This document shows, in pieces, positions 20,383-31,142 of a stretch of 64,000 bases of DNA. The notes under the pieces are model-generated. The model did no database searches and was not told where the DNA came from. It was given only the letters and a program-made list of their open reading frames with translations. The stretch covers positions 58,394 to 122,393 of the forward strand of contig JAGOLH010000001.1 of assembly GCA_017994175.1 (NCBI GenBank). The letters run 5' to 3'. This DNA comes from Bacteroidales bacterium. Lineage in GTDB: Bacteria; Bacteroidota; Bacteroidia; Bacteroidales; ML635J-15. Position 1 is the first letter of the stretch. Every line of letters starts with the position of its first letter. A program made the translations under genes and the position numbers.

Positions 20383-23208
20383 ATGACAGAAACTGAAAGC
20401 ATAGAAATCTTTGGGGCGAAAGTCCATAATCTTAATAACATCGACTTACAAATACCCAGAAATAAACTGGTGGTTATAACCGGTTTAAGCGGTAGTGGGA
20501 AATCGTCGCTTGCATTTGATACTATATATGCTGAAGGGCAACGCAGGTACCTGGAGACATTTTCGGCATACGCCCGCCAATTTATTGGTAATCTGGAAAG
20601 ACCCGAAGTAGATAAAATCACCGGATTAAGCCCTGTAATATCAATTGAGCAAAAGACAACCGTTAAAAACCCTCGGTCAACTGTTGGAACAATAACTGAG
20701 ATATACGATTATCTCAGGCTATTGTATGCGCGTGCATCAATAGCATATTCCTACAATACCGGTGAAGAAATGGTTCGCTATACCGATGAACAAATTATAC
20801 AGAATATAATTCACTCCTATTCAGGTAAACCGGTATATGTTCTGGCACCGCTTGTTGATGGAAGAAAAGGGCATTATCGTGAATTATTTGAATCGCTTCG
20901 CAAAAAAGGCTTCCTAAATGCCCGTATTGATGGAAAAGTTCAGGAGATAAGTCATTCATTAAAACTTGAGCGATATAAATCGCATTTCATAGAATTGGTT
21001 ATCGACAAGCTGATACCGGACAACAAAGACCATAAGCGATTGAAATCATCCATAGAAACCGCAATGAAATTTGGCAAAGGTATTATCATGATACTTGAAA
21101 AAGATGGAACCGATGCCCGGTATTTCAGCAAGTTTTTGATGTGCCCTACAACCGGAGTTTCTTACAATGAACCTGCACCGCACAACTTCTCATTCAATTC
21201 CCCATTAGGGGCATGTCCGAATTGCAACGGTTTGGGGTGGTTGCCTGATATCGACATTAATAAAATAATTCCGGATGAAAATAAAAGCATCAGTGACGGT
21301 GCTATTGTTCCATTGGGGAAATATAAAAATATGTTTTCATTTTGGATTATCGAAGCTATTTGCGATAAATTCAAATGTTCAATACAAACACCGGTTTCGG
21401 AGCTGCCCGATGCCGTAATGAATATTATTCTGTACGGCTGCGAAGAACCCATTCACCTGAAAAACACACCTCTTGGTGCAAATCCAGGGTATGTAGTTCA
21501 CTTTGAGGGAATAATAAACCAGCTAAGGAACAAGCAATCAGAAGATGATAGTAACAATAAAAACAATTCCGATTCTGAACAATACAACACGTATAAGGTG
21601 TGCCCGGTTTGTAATGGATTGCGGTTAAAAAAAGAATCATTACACTTCAGGATTTCAGGTAGAAACATTGCACAACTTGCTCAGATGGATGTTTCTGACT
21701 TGTACAACTGGTTTCTTGAATTACCGGCACAGCTAAATGCACGGCAAAAAAGCATCGCTTCAGAACTTATTAAGGAAATAAGCATCCGCCTGGATTTTTT
21801 ACTAAAAGTTGGACTTGATTACCTTTCGCTTGACAGACCTACAAAGTCGTTATCGGGGGGTGAAACCCAACGAATCCGGCTTGCAACCCAAATTGGCTCC
21901 AGACTTATAAATGTGCTGTACATTCTTGATGAACCCAGCATTGGCCTGCATCATCGCGATAACCTGAAACTAATCGATTCACTTAAAGAACTGCGAAACA
22001 GAGGGAATTCAATAATAGTTGTAGAACACGACAAGGACATGATTATGTCGGCAGATTATATTGTTGATATCGGGCCTGCTGCTGGTAAAAACGGAGGAGA
22101 TATAGTCTTTGCCGGAGAGCCACATGAAATGTTAGATTCAGGGAGTATTACCGCTGCCTATATTAACGGAACAAAAAAAATTGAAATCCCATCGAAACGT
22201 CGTAAGGGCAACGGGAAGTCACTTCAGATAATCGGTGCTACGGGTAATAATTTAAAAAACATTGACATTAGCCTTCCGCTTGGAATGATAATTTGTGTTA
22301 CCGGTGTTTCCGGAAGCGGAAAATCGAGTATCATTCACGAAACCTTGTTTCCCGTTTTAAGTGGGCATTTTTATCGCTCCAAAACACAAGCCCTGCCTTG
22401 CACCGAAATCAAAGGCATCGAGAATATCGATAAGGTAATAGAAGTCGATCAGATGCCGATTGGGAAAACACCCCGCTCGAACCCTTCGACCTATACAGGA
22501 TTGTTTTCAGATATCCGGAAACTTTATGAAAGTTTGCCTGAATCGAAAATTCGGGGCTACAAGCTAGGCCGTTTTTCATTCAATGTAAAAGGGGGAAGAT
22601 GCGAAACGTGCCAGGGTGCCGGTGTAAAAATTATTGAAATGAACTTTCTTCCTGAAGTACATGTTCCCTGCGAAGTATGTAACGGGAAACGTTATAACAG
22701 AGAAACCCTTGAAGTAAAGTTTAAGGGGAAATCGATTGCGGATATTCTGGATATGACCATAGACAGGGCTGCTGATTTTTTCGAAAATATTCCTTTCATA
22801 CAGCATAAACTCAAGATGCTTCAGGAAGTCGGATTAGGTTATATCTCACTCGGGCAGTCATCGACAACTTTATCGGGTGGTGAATCACAAAGGATAAAGC
22901 TCGCAACTGAGCTTATGAAAAAGGATACCGGGAAAACCCTGTACATTCTTGATGAGCCAACAACAGGTCTTCATTTCGAAGATATCAGGGTGCTGATGCA
23001 TGTGCTACAAAAACTTGCCGATAAAGGGAACACACTGATTATTATTGAGCATAACATGGACGTTATTAAATGCGCAGACCATATTATTGACATGGGACCG
23101 GAAGGGGGTAACAAAGGTGGTCAAATAGTTGCAGAAGGCTCACCCGAAGAAATAGCTCTCCATAAAAACAGCTATACAGGGTATTTCCTGAAGTCGGAGT
23201 TGCTGTAG
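20383..23208 (+). CDS. uvrA: Excinuclease ABC subunit A
   Basis: Two ABC ATPase domains ([23 protein letters not shown] twice) and CxxC zinc fingers. Confidence 0.99.
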   Translation: MTETESIEIFGAKVHNLNNIDLQIPRNKLVVITGLSGSGKSSLAFDTIYAEGQRRYLETFSAYARQFIGNLERPEVDKITGLSPVISIEQKTTVKNPRSTVGTITEIYDYLRLLYARASIAYSYNTGEEMVRYTDEQIIQNIIHSYSGKPVYVLAPLVDGRKGHYRELFESLRKKGFLNARIDGKVQEISHSLKLERYKSHFIELVIDKLIPDNKDHKRLKSSIETAMKFGKGIIMILEKDGTDARYFSKFLMCPTTGVSYNEPAPHNFSFNSPLGACPNCNGLGWLPDIDINKIIPDENKSISDGAIVPLGKYKNMFSFWIIEAICDKFKCSIQTPVSELPDAVMNIILYGCEEPIHLKNTPLGANPGYVVHFEGIINQLRNKQSEDDSNNKNNSDSEQYNTYKVCPVCNGLRLKKESLHFRISGRNIAQLAQMDVSDLYNWFLELPAQLNARQKSIASELIKEISIRLDFLLKVGLDYLSLDRPTKSLSGGETQRIRLATQIGSRLINVLYILDEPSIGLHHRDNLKLIDSLKELRNRGNSIIVVEHDKDMIMSADYIVDIGPAAGKNGGDIVFAGEPHEMLDSGSITAAYINGTKKIEIPSKRRKGNGKSLQIIGATGNNLKNIDISLPLGMIICVTGVSGSGKSSIIHETLFPVLSGHFYRSKTQALPCTEIKGIENIDKVIEVDQMPIGKTPRSNPSTYTGLFSDIRKLYESLPESKIRGYKLGRFSFNVKGGRCETCQGAGVKIIEMNFLPEVHVPCEVCNGKRYNRETLEVKFKGKSIADILDMTIDRAADFFENIPFIQHKLKMLQEVGLGYISLGQSSTTLSGGESQRIKLATELMKKDTGKTLYILDEPTTGLHFEDIRVLMHVLQKLADKGNTLIIIEHNMDVIKCADHIIDMGPEGGNKGGQIVAEGSPEEIALHKNSYTGYFLKSELL

Positions 23209-23395
23209 AACTCAATTCAAACATGGGCAACTTGGCTTTACCATTGATTTTCAGAATATTACACACAAGACATTTTTAAAACAAAAAATATTTTGGCAAA
23301 AGAATTTCTTCAGCGAATTTTATTGTGTTATTATTTTTTTTAATAAGTTTACCCACAGAATTAACTCAAGTTTTTGAACAAAAAAAAGTATAGCT

Positions 23396-23623
23396 ATGGG
23401 TAAAGATTTTGATCCCTTCATGGACGATATGAAAGAATTCGAAGATGATGATTTCGACAGTATCGAAGAATTCGAAGAGGAAGATTTGGAAGGACTAAAC
23501 GACGATACTGAATTTGGTGAATTCGACGACTTTGATGAAGACGAAGGTGAGGATTTTGATTTTGATGAGTTTGATGAGGACGATGATGAAGACCTCGATA
23601 ACTTTGACGAAGACGACAATTAA
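23396..23623 (+). CDS. Highly acidic 75-aa protein of unknown function
   Basis: ATG...TAA ORF filling the uvrA-mtaB gap; 44 of 75 residues D/E and 12 Phe; synonymous codons vary, so it is not a simple DNA repeat. Confidence 0.7.
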   Translation: MGKDFDPFMDDMKEFEDDDFDSIEEFEEEDLEGLNDDTEFGEFDDFDEDEGEDFDFDEFDEDDDEDLDNFDEDDN

Positions 23624-23759
23624 TCCACATTAGAAAAATATTATTTCGTGCGGGAGGCGTCGGTGCCCGTATATTACAACTATATTTTAAGAACATTGTA
23701 CTTCAAAGGGAGTATTTAAACACAAGTGCATTTTAAAGCTTTTTTTCACCTGTATAATC

Positions 23760-25052
23760 ATGACAATTGCAAAAACAATAGCATTTTGTACGTTGGGATG
23801 TAAGCTCAATTTTGCCGAAACCTCCTCAATATCACAGGAATTCGCAGCACTTGGTTTTAAAATCGTCGATTTTAAAAATTATGCTGATGTATATGTAATA
23901 AATTCGTGCACAGTTACCGCCACAGCAAACAAAAAAAGCAGAAATGCCATTCAGCGGGCTTACCATTTGAACCCAGCAGCAGTTATAGCAGTTACAGGCT
24001 GTTATGCCCAATTAAAAGCTGATGAAATAAAAAGGATACACAAGGATATCATTGTTGTTGGAAATTTTGAGAAAGACAACATTTCGGGTTTGGTACAACG
24101 AAAGTTAAATAATGAAATATCTGAACCATTGCAAATCTGTCACCCCGAACGGTTTATTCCCGCCTACAGTATTGGGAACAGAACACGTAGTTTTCTGAAA
24201 ATACAGGATGGGTGCGACTATAAATGTTCATACTGCACCATTCCTTTAGCTAGGGGAAAAAGTCGAAACCAGTCGATTGAGAATACGGCAAAGCACGCAA
24301 GCATTCTGATAAAAAGCAATATCAACGAACTTGTTCTCACCGGTGTGAATATCGGAGATTTTGGAAAATCAACGAATGAACGATTTATCGATTTACTTAA
24401 ACGGCTAGACAGTACAGAAGGGATGGTCCGGATTCGAATCGGGAGCATTGAACCCGACCTGCTTAGCGATGAGATTATTGCTTTTATGGCAGCATCGAAA
24501 CATATTATGCCGCATTTTCATATTCCGCTGCAATCGGGGAGCAATACAATGCTGAGGTTGATGCGACGGCGATACACTACCGAAATATTTGCCGATAGAA
24601 TCAGAACAATAAAGAAATACCTTCCGCTTTCGTTTGTTGGTTGTGATGTTATTGTTGGAATGAGGGGAGAATCGGAAAAGTATTTTGAAGACTCCTACAC
24701 TTTTATCGAAAGCCAGGATATTTCATTTATACATGTTTTCAGCTATTCTGAAAGAGAACACACTGATGCACTTGCTATTAGCGGACCTGTGGGCTTTCCC
24801 GAAATTCAACGAAGGAGCAATCGTTTACATCAACTATCGGCATTGAAACACAAACAATTCTACCAGAAAAATATCGGGCAGCACCAGCATATACTTTGGG
24901 AATCCAGCAAAAAAAACATGCAAATGTTTGGTTTCACCGAAAACTACATAAAAGCAGAAATGCCTTACGAGGCTTGTAATATTAACACAATCACACATGT
25001 AGAACTTATTGGATTATCGGAATCCGGTAACATGAAAATCAGAACTCTATGA
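23760..25052 (+). CDS. mtaB: tRNA t6A37 methylthiotransferase
   Basis: TLGCKLN, INSCTVT, VTGCYAQ, radical SAM CDYKCSYC. Confidence 0.93.
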   Translation: MTIAKTIAFCTLGCKLNFAETSSISQEFAALGFKIVDFKNYADVYVINSCTVTATANKKSRNAIQRAYHLNPAAVIAVTGCYAQLKADEIKRIHKDIIVVGNFEKDNISGLVQRKLNNEISEPLQICHPERFIPAYSIGNRTRSFLKIQDGCDYKCSYCTIPLARGKSRNQSIENTAKHASILIKSNINELVLTGVNIGDFGKSTNERFIDLLKRLDSTEGMVRIRIGSIEPDLLSDEIIAFMAASKHIMPHFHIPLQSGSNTMLRLMRRRYTTEIFADRIRTIKKYLPLSFVGCDVIVGMRGESEKYFEDSYTFIESQDISFIHVFSYSEREHTDALAISGPVGFPEIQRRSNRLHQLSALKHKQFYQKNIGQHQHILWESSKKNMQMFGFTENYIKAEMPYEACNINTITHVELIGLSESGNMKIRTL

Positions 25053-25855
25053 ATTTGAATTTATCGTCAATTTGCACTGCAGTTGAATCAATAGCAGGCG
25101 AAGCAGCAAGTCTTATCCGAAATGAAAGGTCAAAGCTTCAGTCTTCGGAAATTGAGATTAAGGGGTTGAACGACCTTGTAACTTATATTGACAAATCATC
25201 GGAGCAATTTATTGTGGAATCGTTGAAGGACATTGTCCCAAATGCAGGTTACATAACAGAGGAGAATTCCATTAAGCCTGAAAAAGCCGACTATCAGTGG
25301 ATAATTGACCCCCTTGACGGTACAACGAATTTCGTTCATGGCTTACAACCTTATGCTGTAAGTATTGCATTAATGTATCGCAGCACCACATTACTTGGAG
25401 TTGTGTATGAAATAACCGGCTCTGAATGTTACAGCGCAATAAAATCAAAAGGAGCTTTCATGAATTCGAAAAGAATTAAAGTATCCTCTACTTCAAATAT
25501 CAAAAACAGCCTATATGTCACCGGCTTTCCCGTAAGCAATTTTAGCAGAAATAAAGAATACTTCAGGCTAATGGATTATCTTATCCAAAATAGCCACGGT
25601 GTGAGGAGATTGGGCTCAGCAGCAGCCGATCTTGCCTTTGTTGCTTGTGGAAGATTAGATGCTTTTTATGAATATGACCTTAAACCTTGGGATGTGGCAG
25701 GAGGAGCCATAATTGTTGAAGAAGCCGGAGGAAGAGTTGGCGATTTTTCGGGTTTACCCAATCACATTTTCGGCAAAGAAATAATAGCAAGTAATAGTTT
25801 GATATTTAGTGATTTGCAAAATATTATTGCCGACTTTATGCAACATAAAAAATAA
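25049..25855 (+). CDS. suhB: Inositol monophosphatase family protein
   Basis: WIIDPLDGTTNF, RRLGSAA, WDVAGG. Confidence 0.9.
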   Translation: MNLNLSSICTAVESIAGEAASLIRNERSKLQSSEIEIKGLNDLVTYIDKSSEQFIVESLKDIVPNAGYITEENSIKPEKADYQWIIDPLDGTTNFVHGLQPYAVSIALMYRSTTLLGVVYEITGSECYSAIKSKGAFMNSKRIKVSSTSNIKNSLYVTGFPVSNFSRNKEYFRLMDYLIQNSHGVRRLGSAAADLAFVACGRLDAFYEYDLKPWDVAGGAIIVEEAGGRVGDFSGLPNHIFGKEIIASNSLIFSDLQNIIADFMQHKK

Positions 25856-25887
25856 TGGCTATCTTGTGTAGTTAAAATTCATCAACT

Positions 25888-27333
25888 ATGAAAAATTTGC
25901 TCTTGTGTATTATCGTTAGCATGCTTAGTTCTTCGCTATTTGCAAGTAATCTGGAAGCATATTTCATGTATTCAAGCTTCAATTCACCGGAAGGGCCGTA
26001 TATTGATGCTTGTATAAGCACTATAGGTAATTCAGCTGTTTTTGTCAAGAATGAAAATGGTAAATACAATGCTGAAATCGAAGTTACTCTGGTGTTCTAC
26101 AAAAACGGGGAGGTTTACACATATCGTAAATACAATCTCAAAAGTCCTGAAGTTTCGGATTCTACAGGAGCAAAACCTAATTTTATTGATGTGCAGCGAG
26201 TTTCTCTTGTAAACGGTATTTATAATCTCGAACTCATTATTAAGGATATACATGCAGAAAGCGATCAATATCTGTATTCCGATATTATCAATATTGAGTA
26301 CCCTGAGAAAGCATTAAAATTCAGCAATATTCAATATATTGAATCATATAAAGCATCGGAAACACCTACTGTGCTCACAAAACACGGATATGATCTGGTT
26401 CCATATATTTCTGACTTTTACCCTTCGAATATTGATAAGTTGATTTTTTATGTAGAAATGTACAACGTAAAGCAAATAACCACTGACCCTGTTGTACTAA
26501 CCTACTATATCGAAAAATTCGAAAACAGCGAAAAAATTGATATGTATAACAGGTTTAAAAAAATGGAATCGCAGGACTACAATGTTTTCATTGGAGAACT
26601 CATGATTACTGAATTATACTCGGGTAATTATAATCTTGTGGTTGAGGTCAGGAATCGCAACAACGAAATTATCGGATCGACAAAAGCTTTTTTTCAGCGG
26701 AGTAAAAGGTCTCCAACTGATGCAAATCCTGCCAATCAGAACAGCTATAACTTACAATTCGCAGGGATTTCGGAAAACCTCGATACTGTTAGACACTATA
26801 TCCTAAGTCTGCGCCCCATCGCAAACAACAATGAATGTAATTTTATTGATTATCAGGTAAAAACTGCTGATATGCAAACGATGCAGAATTTCTTCTCGAG
26901 CTTCTGGATTAAACGCAGCCCTGCCGACCCAACCGGTGAATGGGGAATATACAAAGCTCAGGTTGACTATGTGAATAAGTGGTATTCCACTCCAATTAAA
27001 AAAGGTTTTGAAACCGATCGTGGCAGAGTATATCTGAAATATGGAACACCTAACGATATTTACGTCAGCAAACACGAACCCACAGCATATCCATACGAAA
27101 TTTGGCACTATTATAAGATAGGAGATGAAACAAACCGTAAGTTTGTTTTTTACAATCCTTCGATTGCAGGAGAAGAATATGAATTACTTCATGCTGATGT
27201 AACCGGTGAATTACGTAATCCAAGCTGGGAGCGGCAGTTAAATAAAAGAAACAATACACTGTATAATCCCGATCAGATGAATAGCGATGACCAATGGGGA
27301 GGCCGTGCCAAAGATGAATACAACAAGCGATAA
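25888..27333 (+). CDS. Exported GWxTD-domain protein
   Basis: Signal peptide; C-terminal GFETDRGRVYLKYGTP, YEIWHYY, FVFY. Confidence 0.85.
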   Translation: MKNLLLCIIVSMLSSSLFASNLEAYFMYSSFNSPEGPYIDACISTIGNSAVFVKNENGKYNAEIEVTLVFYKNGEVYTYRKYNLKSPEVSDSTGAKPNFIDVQRVSLVNGIYNLELIIKDIHAESDQYLYSDIINIEYPEKALKFSNIQYIESYKASETPTVLTKHGYDLVPYISDFYPSNIDKLIFYVEMYNVKQITTDPVVLTYYIEKFENSEKIDMYNRFKKMESQDYNVFIGELMITELYSGNYNLVVEVRNRNNEIIGSTKAFFQRSKRSPTDANPANQNSYNLQFAGISENLDTVRHYILSLRPIANNNECNFIDYQVKTADMQTMQNFFSSFWIKRSPADPTGEWGIYKAQVDYVNKWYSTPIKKGFETDRGRVYLKYGTPNDIYVSKHEPTAYPYEIWHYYKIGDETNRKFVFYNPSIAGEEYELLHADVTGELRNPSWERQLNKRNNTLYNPDQMNSDDQWGGRAKDEYNKR

Positions 27334-28264
27334 GAGTCTGGATGGGGCATTGATTCTGCAGGGTAACAGTAATCATCTCTTTCTGCTTTATCCTAACAAT
27401 AAAGACCTGATAATATCAAAAGGCAGGTTTTCAATAGTGTATCCGGCAATCATGATGCCCGATCGAAAACGTGTAATATGCAAATTCCTGCATAACAGCT
27501 TAAAAAGCGACCCTGAACGCATATCCAGGTTTTTTATCGAATCATCGTTGAATTTCGAAAAACCGGGTGTTGTTAAAAACATTGACTTCATCAGTCACGA
27601 AACGGGGCTTTACTTATTTCAGGAATATGTCGACGGTATCGACCTTGTTAGCTACTTGAACGGAACCCGAATCAGCAGGCAAAACCGTGAAAAAACAGTT
27701 TGCCGGATTATGGTAAGCCTTCTCGATGCACTTGTATCTGCCCATGAAGCAGGGGTATTTCACTGCGGATTAAAACCCGGCAGTATTATTATTACGAATG
27801 ACACAAACGATAGCGATGCTTTTGTTCAAATTACCCTCATCGACTTTGCATTATGTCAAACAACCCGTTATATACCTCAACAAACCACAAAAACAAGGAT
27901 TTCTTACAATATAAAATACAGTGCACCTGAGTTATTACTAAATCATCTGCACCTGGTAAGGGCTTCAACAGATTTATTCAGTATTGGATTAATGATGTAT
28001 GAATTGATCTCAGGTACTCCACCTCACAAATCGCAAAACCCGATCAATATGGTACAAATGCAGGTTTCTGCTCCAATACCTTCGCATGATGCCATTTCAG
28101 AGCCGGTAATGAACATCATCAGAAAAGCCTGTGAAAAACCATATTTCAGGAAACCTCCGGGGGCCTATTCATTTGAGGAAACAGATCAATTGTTACAGGA
28201 ATCATTTCAATATCGCTATTTAAACTGTGCACAAATGGCAACCGATTTATTGAAATTACTTTAA
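27314..28264 (+). CDS. Hanks-type Ser/Thr kinase homologue with degenerate catalytic loop (probable pseudokinase)
   Basis: GRFSIVY, VICK, alphaC RFFIES, HCGLKPGS (canonical HRDxKPxN), DFA, YSAPE, DLFSIG; start uncertain (27287 or 27314). Confidence 0.8.
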   Translation: MNTTSDKSLDGALILQGNSNHLFLLYPNNKDLIISKGRFSIVYPAIMMPDRKRVICKFLHNSLKSDPERISRFFIESSLNFEKPGVVKNIDFISHETGLYLFQEYVDGIDLVSYLNGTRISRQNREKTVCRIMVSLLDALVSAHEAGVFHCGLKPGSIIITNDTNDSDAFVQITLIDFALCQTTRYIPQQTTKTRISYNIKYSAPELLLNHLHLVRASTDLFSIGLMMYELISGTPPHKSQNPINMVQMQVSAPIPSHDAISEPVMNIIRKACEKPYFRKPPGAYSFEETDQLLQESFQYRYLNCAQMATDLLKLL

Positions 28265-28324
28265 ATTTCAAGTATTACTTTTTCAATTAAAATTTTAGTA
28301 TTTTTATCATTAAATAATTATAAT

Positions 28325-29035
28325 ATGTCAGCCGAAGATCAATTAATTCATGAAGCACTTACCGACAGAACTTGGAGTGAGATAAAATCAAATGACTCAT
28401 GGTCGATTTTTAAAATGATGGGTGAGCTAGTCAGCGGGTTTGAACATCTTGCAAAAATAGGGCCTTGTGTCACTATATTTGGATCTGCACGCACACAGCC
28501 TTCCAACAAGTATTTTCAGATGGCTGCCGACACAGCTTTCATGCTTACTAAAAAAGGTTTTGGAATAATTACAGGGGGAGGGCCTGGAATAATGGAAGCT
28601 GCCAATAAAGGAGCTAATGCCGGTGGTGGGAAATCGGTAGGGTGCAATATTAAACTGGAGTTTGAACAATATCCGAATAAATATATCGACAACGACAAAT
28701 TGGTTACTTTCGATTATTTCTTCATTCGAAAGGTAATGTTTATGAAATACTCGCAGGGATTCATCGTATTTCCGGGGGGATTTGGCACATTCGACGAGCT
28801 TTTTGAGGCGATGACACTAATCCAGACAAAAAAAGTAGCACGATTCCCCATTATTTTAGTTGGCTCCGATTATTGGAACGGTTTGCTGGTTTGGGTTCGA
28901 GATATTATGCTGCAGAAAGAGAATAACATTTCGGAGTCGGATCTCGATTTAATACATGTTGTGGATACCGCAGAAGACGCAGCCAGGATTATTGACGAAT
29001 TCTACAATAAATACAAACTCAAACCAAACTTTTAA
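28325..29035 (+). CDS. LOG family nucleotide phosphoribohydrolase (TIGR00730 type)
   Basis: TIFGSAR, TGGGPGIMEA, RKVMF, PGGFGTFDE. Confidence 0.92.
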   Translation: MSAEDQLIHEALTDRTWSEIKSNDSWSIFKMMGELVSGFEHLAKIGPCVTIFGSARTQPSNKYFQMAADTAFMLTKKGFGIITGGGPGIMEAANKGANAGGGKSVGCNIKLEFEQYPNKYIDNDKLVTFDYFFIRKVMFMKYSQGFIVFPGGFGTFDELFEAMTLIQTKKVARFPIILVGSDYWNGLLVWVRDIMLQKENNISESDLDLIHVVDTAEDAARIIDEFYNKYKLKPNF

Positions 29036-29822
29036 CCAGCTCTTCTCCCATTAAAACCCTTTCACCTTTCTGGTAGGTGATTTTACTAAAAAGGTCACCA
29101 TGTATACACATAACCACCGTGGAACCAAAACGGAAATGGCCAATTTCGTCGCCTGCATTGAACGAAACGTGTGCAGTGTGCGTTTTATTTTTTCGGTACC
29201 TTTGATTGGTTGTTACCGATGAAAAATTCAGTTTTACCGAACCGACAAGAAATGCTCCTATTAGAACAATCCAAAATCTACCGTATGCTGAAGTTCCAGT
29301 AAGCAATACCCTCTCGTTGATACTGTATAGTTTTTCCCGTTTTTGAACGGATTTAGGTTTTACCGAAAACAAATTGCCGGGTATGTGCCTCACTTCGTCA
29401 ATCTGCATATCGAATGGTGCGTGAATGCGGTGATAGTCAGCGGGAGAAAGATACAAAACGGTATAACTCACTTCATCCTGGTAATGGTGATCACAGTCAA
29501 TTAACTCTGAAAAAACAAAATCGAGTCCTTTTGCCCTGATTGTAGTAGTTTTTCCGGCCATACCAAAGCTCATAATTTTAGCATCAACAGGCGACACAAT
29601 TGCCCCTGCAACATGCCTTGCCCCTGGTTTCAAACGTCTTGTAAAAAAATCATGAAAGCTTACACCTCTTTTAATTGTGAAATTATAATCACTCATATCA
29701 ATATGGTAGAACCTCACAAAAATTCGTATCATAAATCTGACGAGCCAGTAAGGTTTTCGCCACATGGTAATTTTCCCAACCAGCAATGATATTTTTTTGC
29801 GTAAGCTCTTTTTCCGGCGCAT
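29019..29822 (-). CDS. psd: Phosphatidylserine decarboxylase
   Basis: FFTRRLK, SPVD, YLSPADYHRIH, NER, FRFGST self-cleavage motif. Confidence 0.9.
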   Translation of the reverse strand: MRRKKSLRKKISLLVGKITMWRKPYWLVRFMIRIFVRFYHIDMSDYNFTIKRGVSFHDFFTRRLKPGARHVAGAIVSPVDAKIMSFGMAGKTTTIRAKGLDFVFSELIDCDHHYQDEVSYTVLYLSPADYHRIHAPFDMQIDEVRHIPGNLFSVKPKSVQKREKLYSINERVLLTGTSAYGRFWIVLIGAFLVGSVKLNFSSVTTNQRYRKNKTHTAHVSFNAGDEIGHFRFGSTVVMCIHGDLFSKITYQKGERVLMGEELVKSLV

Positions 29823-30385
29823 TATTTCGTGTTGAAAATATTCATTGTTCTTTCAAGGCCAATAGTACCAAAACTTTTCGCAGCTTCAACCATTCGTGCA
29901 ATTTTATCCGGTAGAACATCTAATTCCTCAGGCATCCATTTCCCAAGCACATAATCGACCTGCCCGCCCTGATGGAAATTTCCGCCAATCCCAAAGCGCA
30001 TACGTGCAAAGGAATCGGTTGCCAATACATCAACAATATTCTGCAAACCGTTGTGTCCTCCGGAACTACCTTTGGGTTTTATCCGTATCGTTCCAAAAGC
30101 TAAGGCTATATCGTCCACAATAACAAACAGGCTTTCAGCGGTGAGTTTTTCCTTTTTCAAATAGTAATTAACTGCCAAACCACTTCTGTTTACATAGGTA
30201 CTGGGCTTGAGAAGAACAAATATTCTGCCCTTGTACTTTATTTCGCATACCATGCCATATCGTTTATCCTCGAAAGTGACACCTGCATCTTTTGCCCAAA
30301 AATCTAAGGTTGTAAAACCTATATTGTGTCGGGTATCCGCGTATTCAGCTCCAATGTTACCTAATCCGGTTACCAGAAATTTCAT
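29822..30385 (-). CDS. pth: Peptidyl-tRNA hydrolase
   Basis: GLGNIG, TRHNIGF, KPSTYVNRSG, GGHNG; ATG at 30385. Confidence 0.96.
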   Translation of the reverse strand: MKFLVTGLGNIGAEYADTRHNIGFTTLDFWAKDAGVTFEDKRYGMVCEIKYKGRIFVLLKPSTYVNRSGLAVNYYLKKEKLTAESLFVIVDDIALAFGTIRIKPKGSSGGHNGLQNIVDVLATDSFARMRFGIGGNFHQGGQVDYVLGKWMPEELDVLPDKIARMVEAAKSFGTIGLERTMNIFNTK

Positions 30386-30410
30386 TATTCCAATGAGTAC
30401 GTAAAACTCA

Positions 30411-30983
30411 TTATTCAGCTGCCGGAGCAGCGGTTTCAACGCCTCTTACAGGAACAATAGTAACGAGAACTTTATTTTTCTGATCGAGAAGTTCAACATT
30501 TTCAATCACCACATCTTTAACTCTGATAGAATCGTTCAGATTCAGGTCAGTAATATCCACCTCAACAATATCAGGTAAATACGACGGAAGTGCTTTAATA
30601 TGCATCAGTCTTTGATTCTTTTTAAGCTTTCCACCAGCTTTCACACCAATGCTTTGGCCATTGATAATCAAGGGAACATGAATTGCAACCGGTTTATCAT
30701 CGCTCAACTCCAAAAAATCGATGTGATTTACTTTACTTGAAATGGGATCGTATTGAATGTCTTTCATAATAGCCTGATATTTCTTTTTCCCAATTTTAAT
30801 ATCGACAATGTAAACATTGTGACTATAAATCAGATTCCTCAATTCGGCTCTGGTAGCAGAGAAATTTACATTTTCGCCACAACCGTACAGGACACAGGGA
30901 ACACTATCCAGTTTTCTTAATTTACGTGAAGCATTTTTCCCAAGATCTGTGCGTTTTTCTCCTTTAATTTCGAAATGTTGCAT
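30411..30983 (-). CDS. rplY: 50S ribosomal protein L25/general stress protein CTC
   Basis: VPCVLYG, QYDPI...HIDF, GVKAGG; ATG at 30983; prs-rplY-pth synteny. Confidence 0.95.
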   Translation of the reverse strand: MQHFEIKGEKRTDLGKNASRKLRKLDSVPCVLYGCGENVNFSATRAELRNLIYSHNVYIVDIKIGKKKYQAIMKDIQYDPISSKVNHIDFLELSDDKPVAIHVPLIINGQSIGVKAGGKLKKNQRLMHIKALPSYLPDIVEVDITDLNLNDSIRVKDVVIENVELLDQKNKVLVTIVPVRGVETAAPAAE

Positions 30984-31142
30984 AAAATTATTTTTTACTG
31001 TGTTACTAAAGGTAATGGCAAATTTACGATTTTCGTTTCTGCACAATACCTCCCCTCACACGTTCGACAATCAGGCGGCGAAAATAATGAATTATTTTGA
31101 ATTTTAAAAACTCATTTTTTAATAGGATAATCCGTTTTCCGC

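Noticed and set aside
23320-23696. Ser-rich and Arg/His-rich minus-strand ORFs
   Set aside because: Antisense shadows of the GAY/GAR/TTY-rich acidic ORF
30984-31142. Possible autoregulatory leader upstream of rplY
   Set aside because: A purine-rich stretch and two promoter-like words are present, but I could not build a convincing secondary structure
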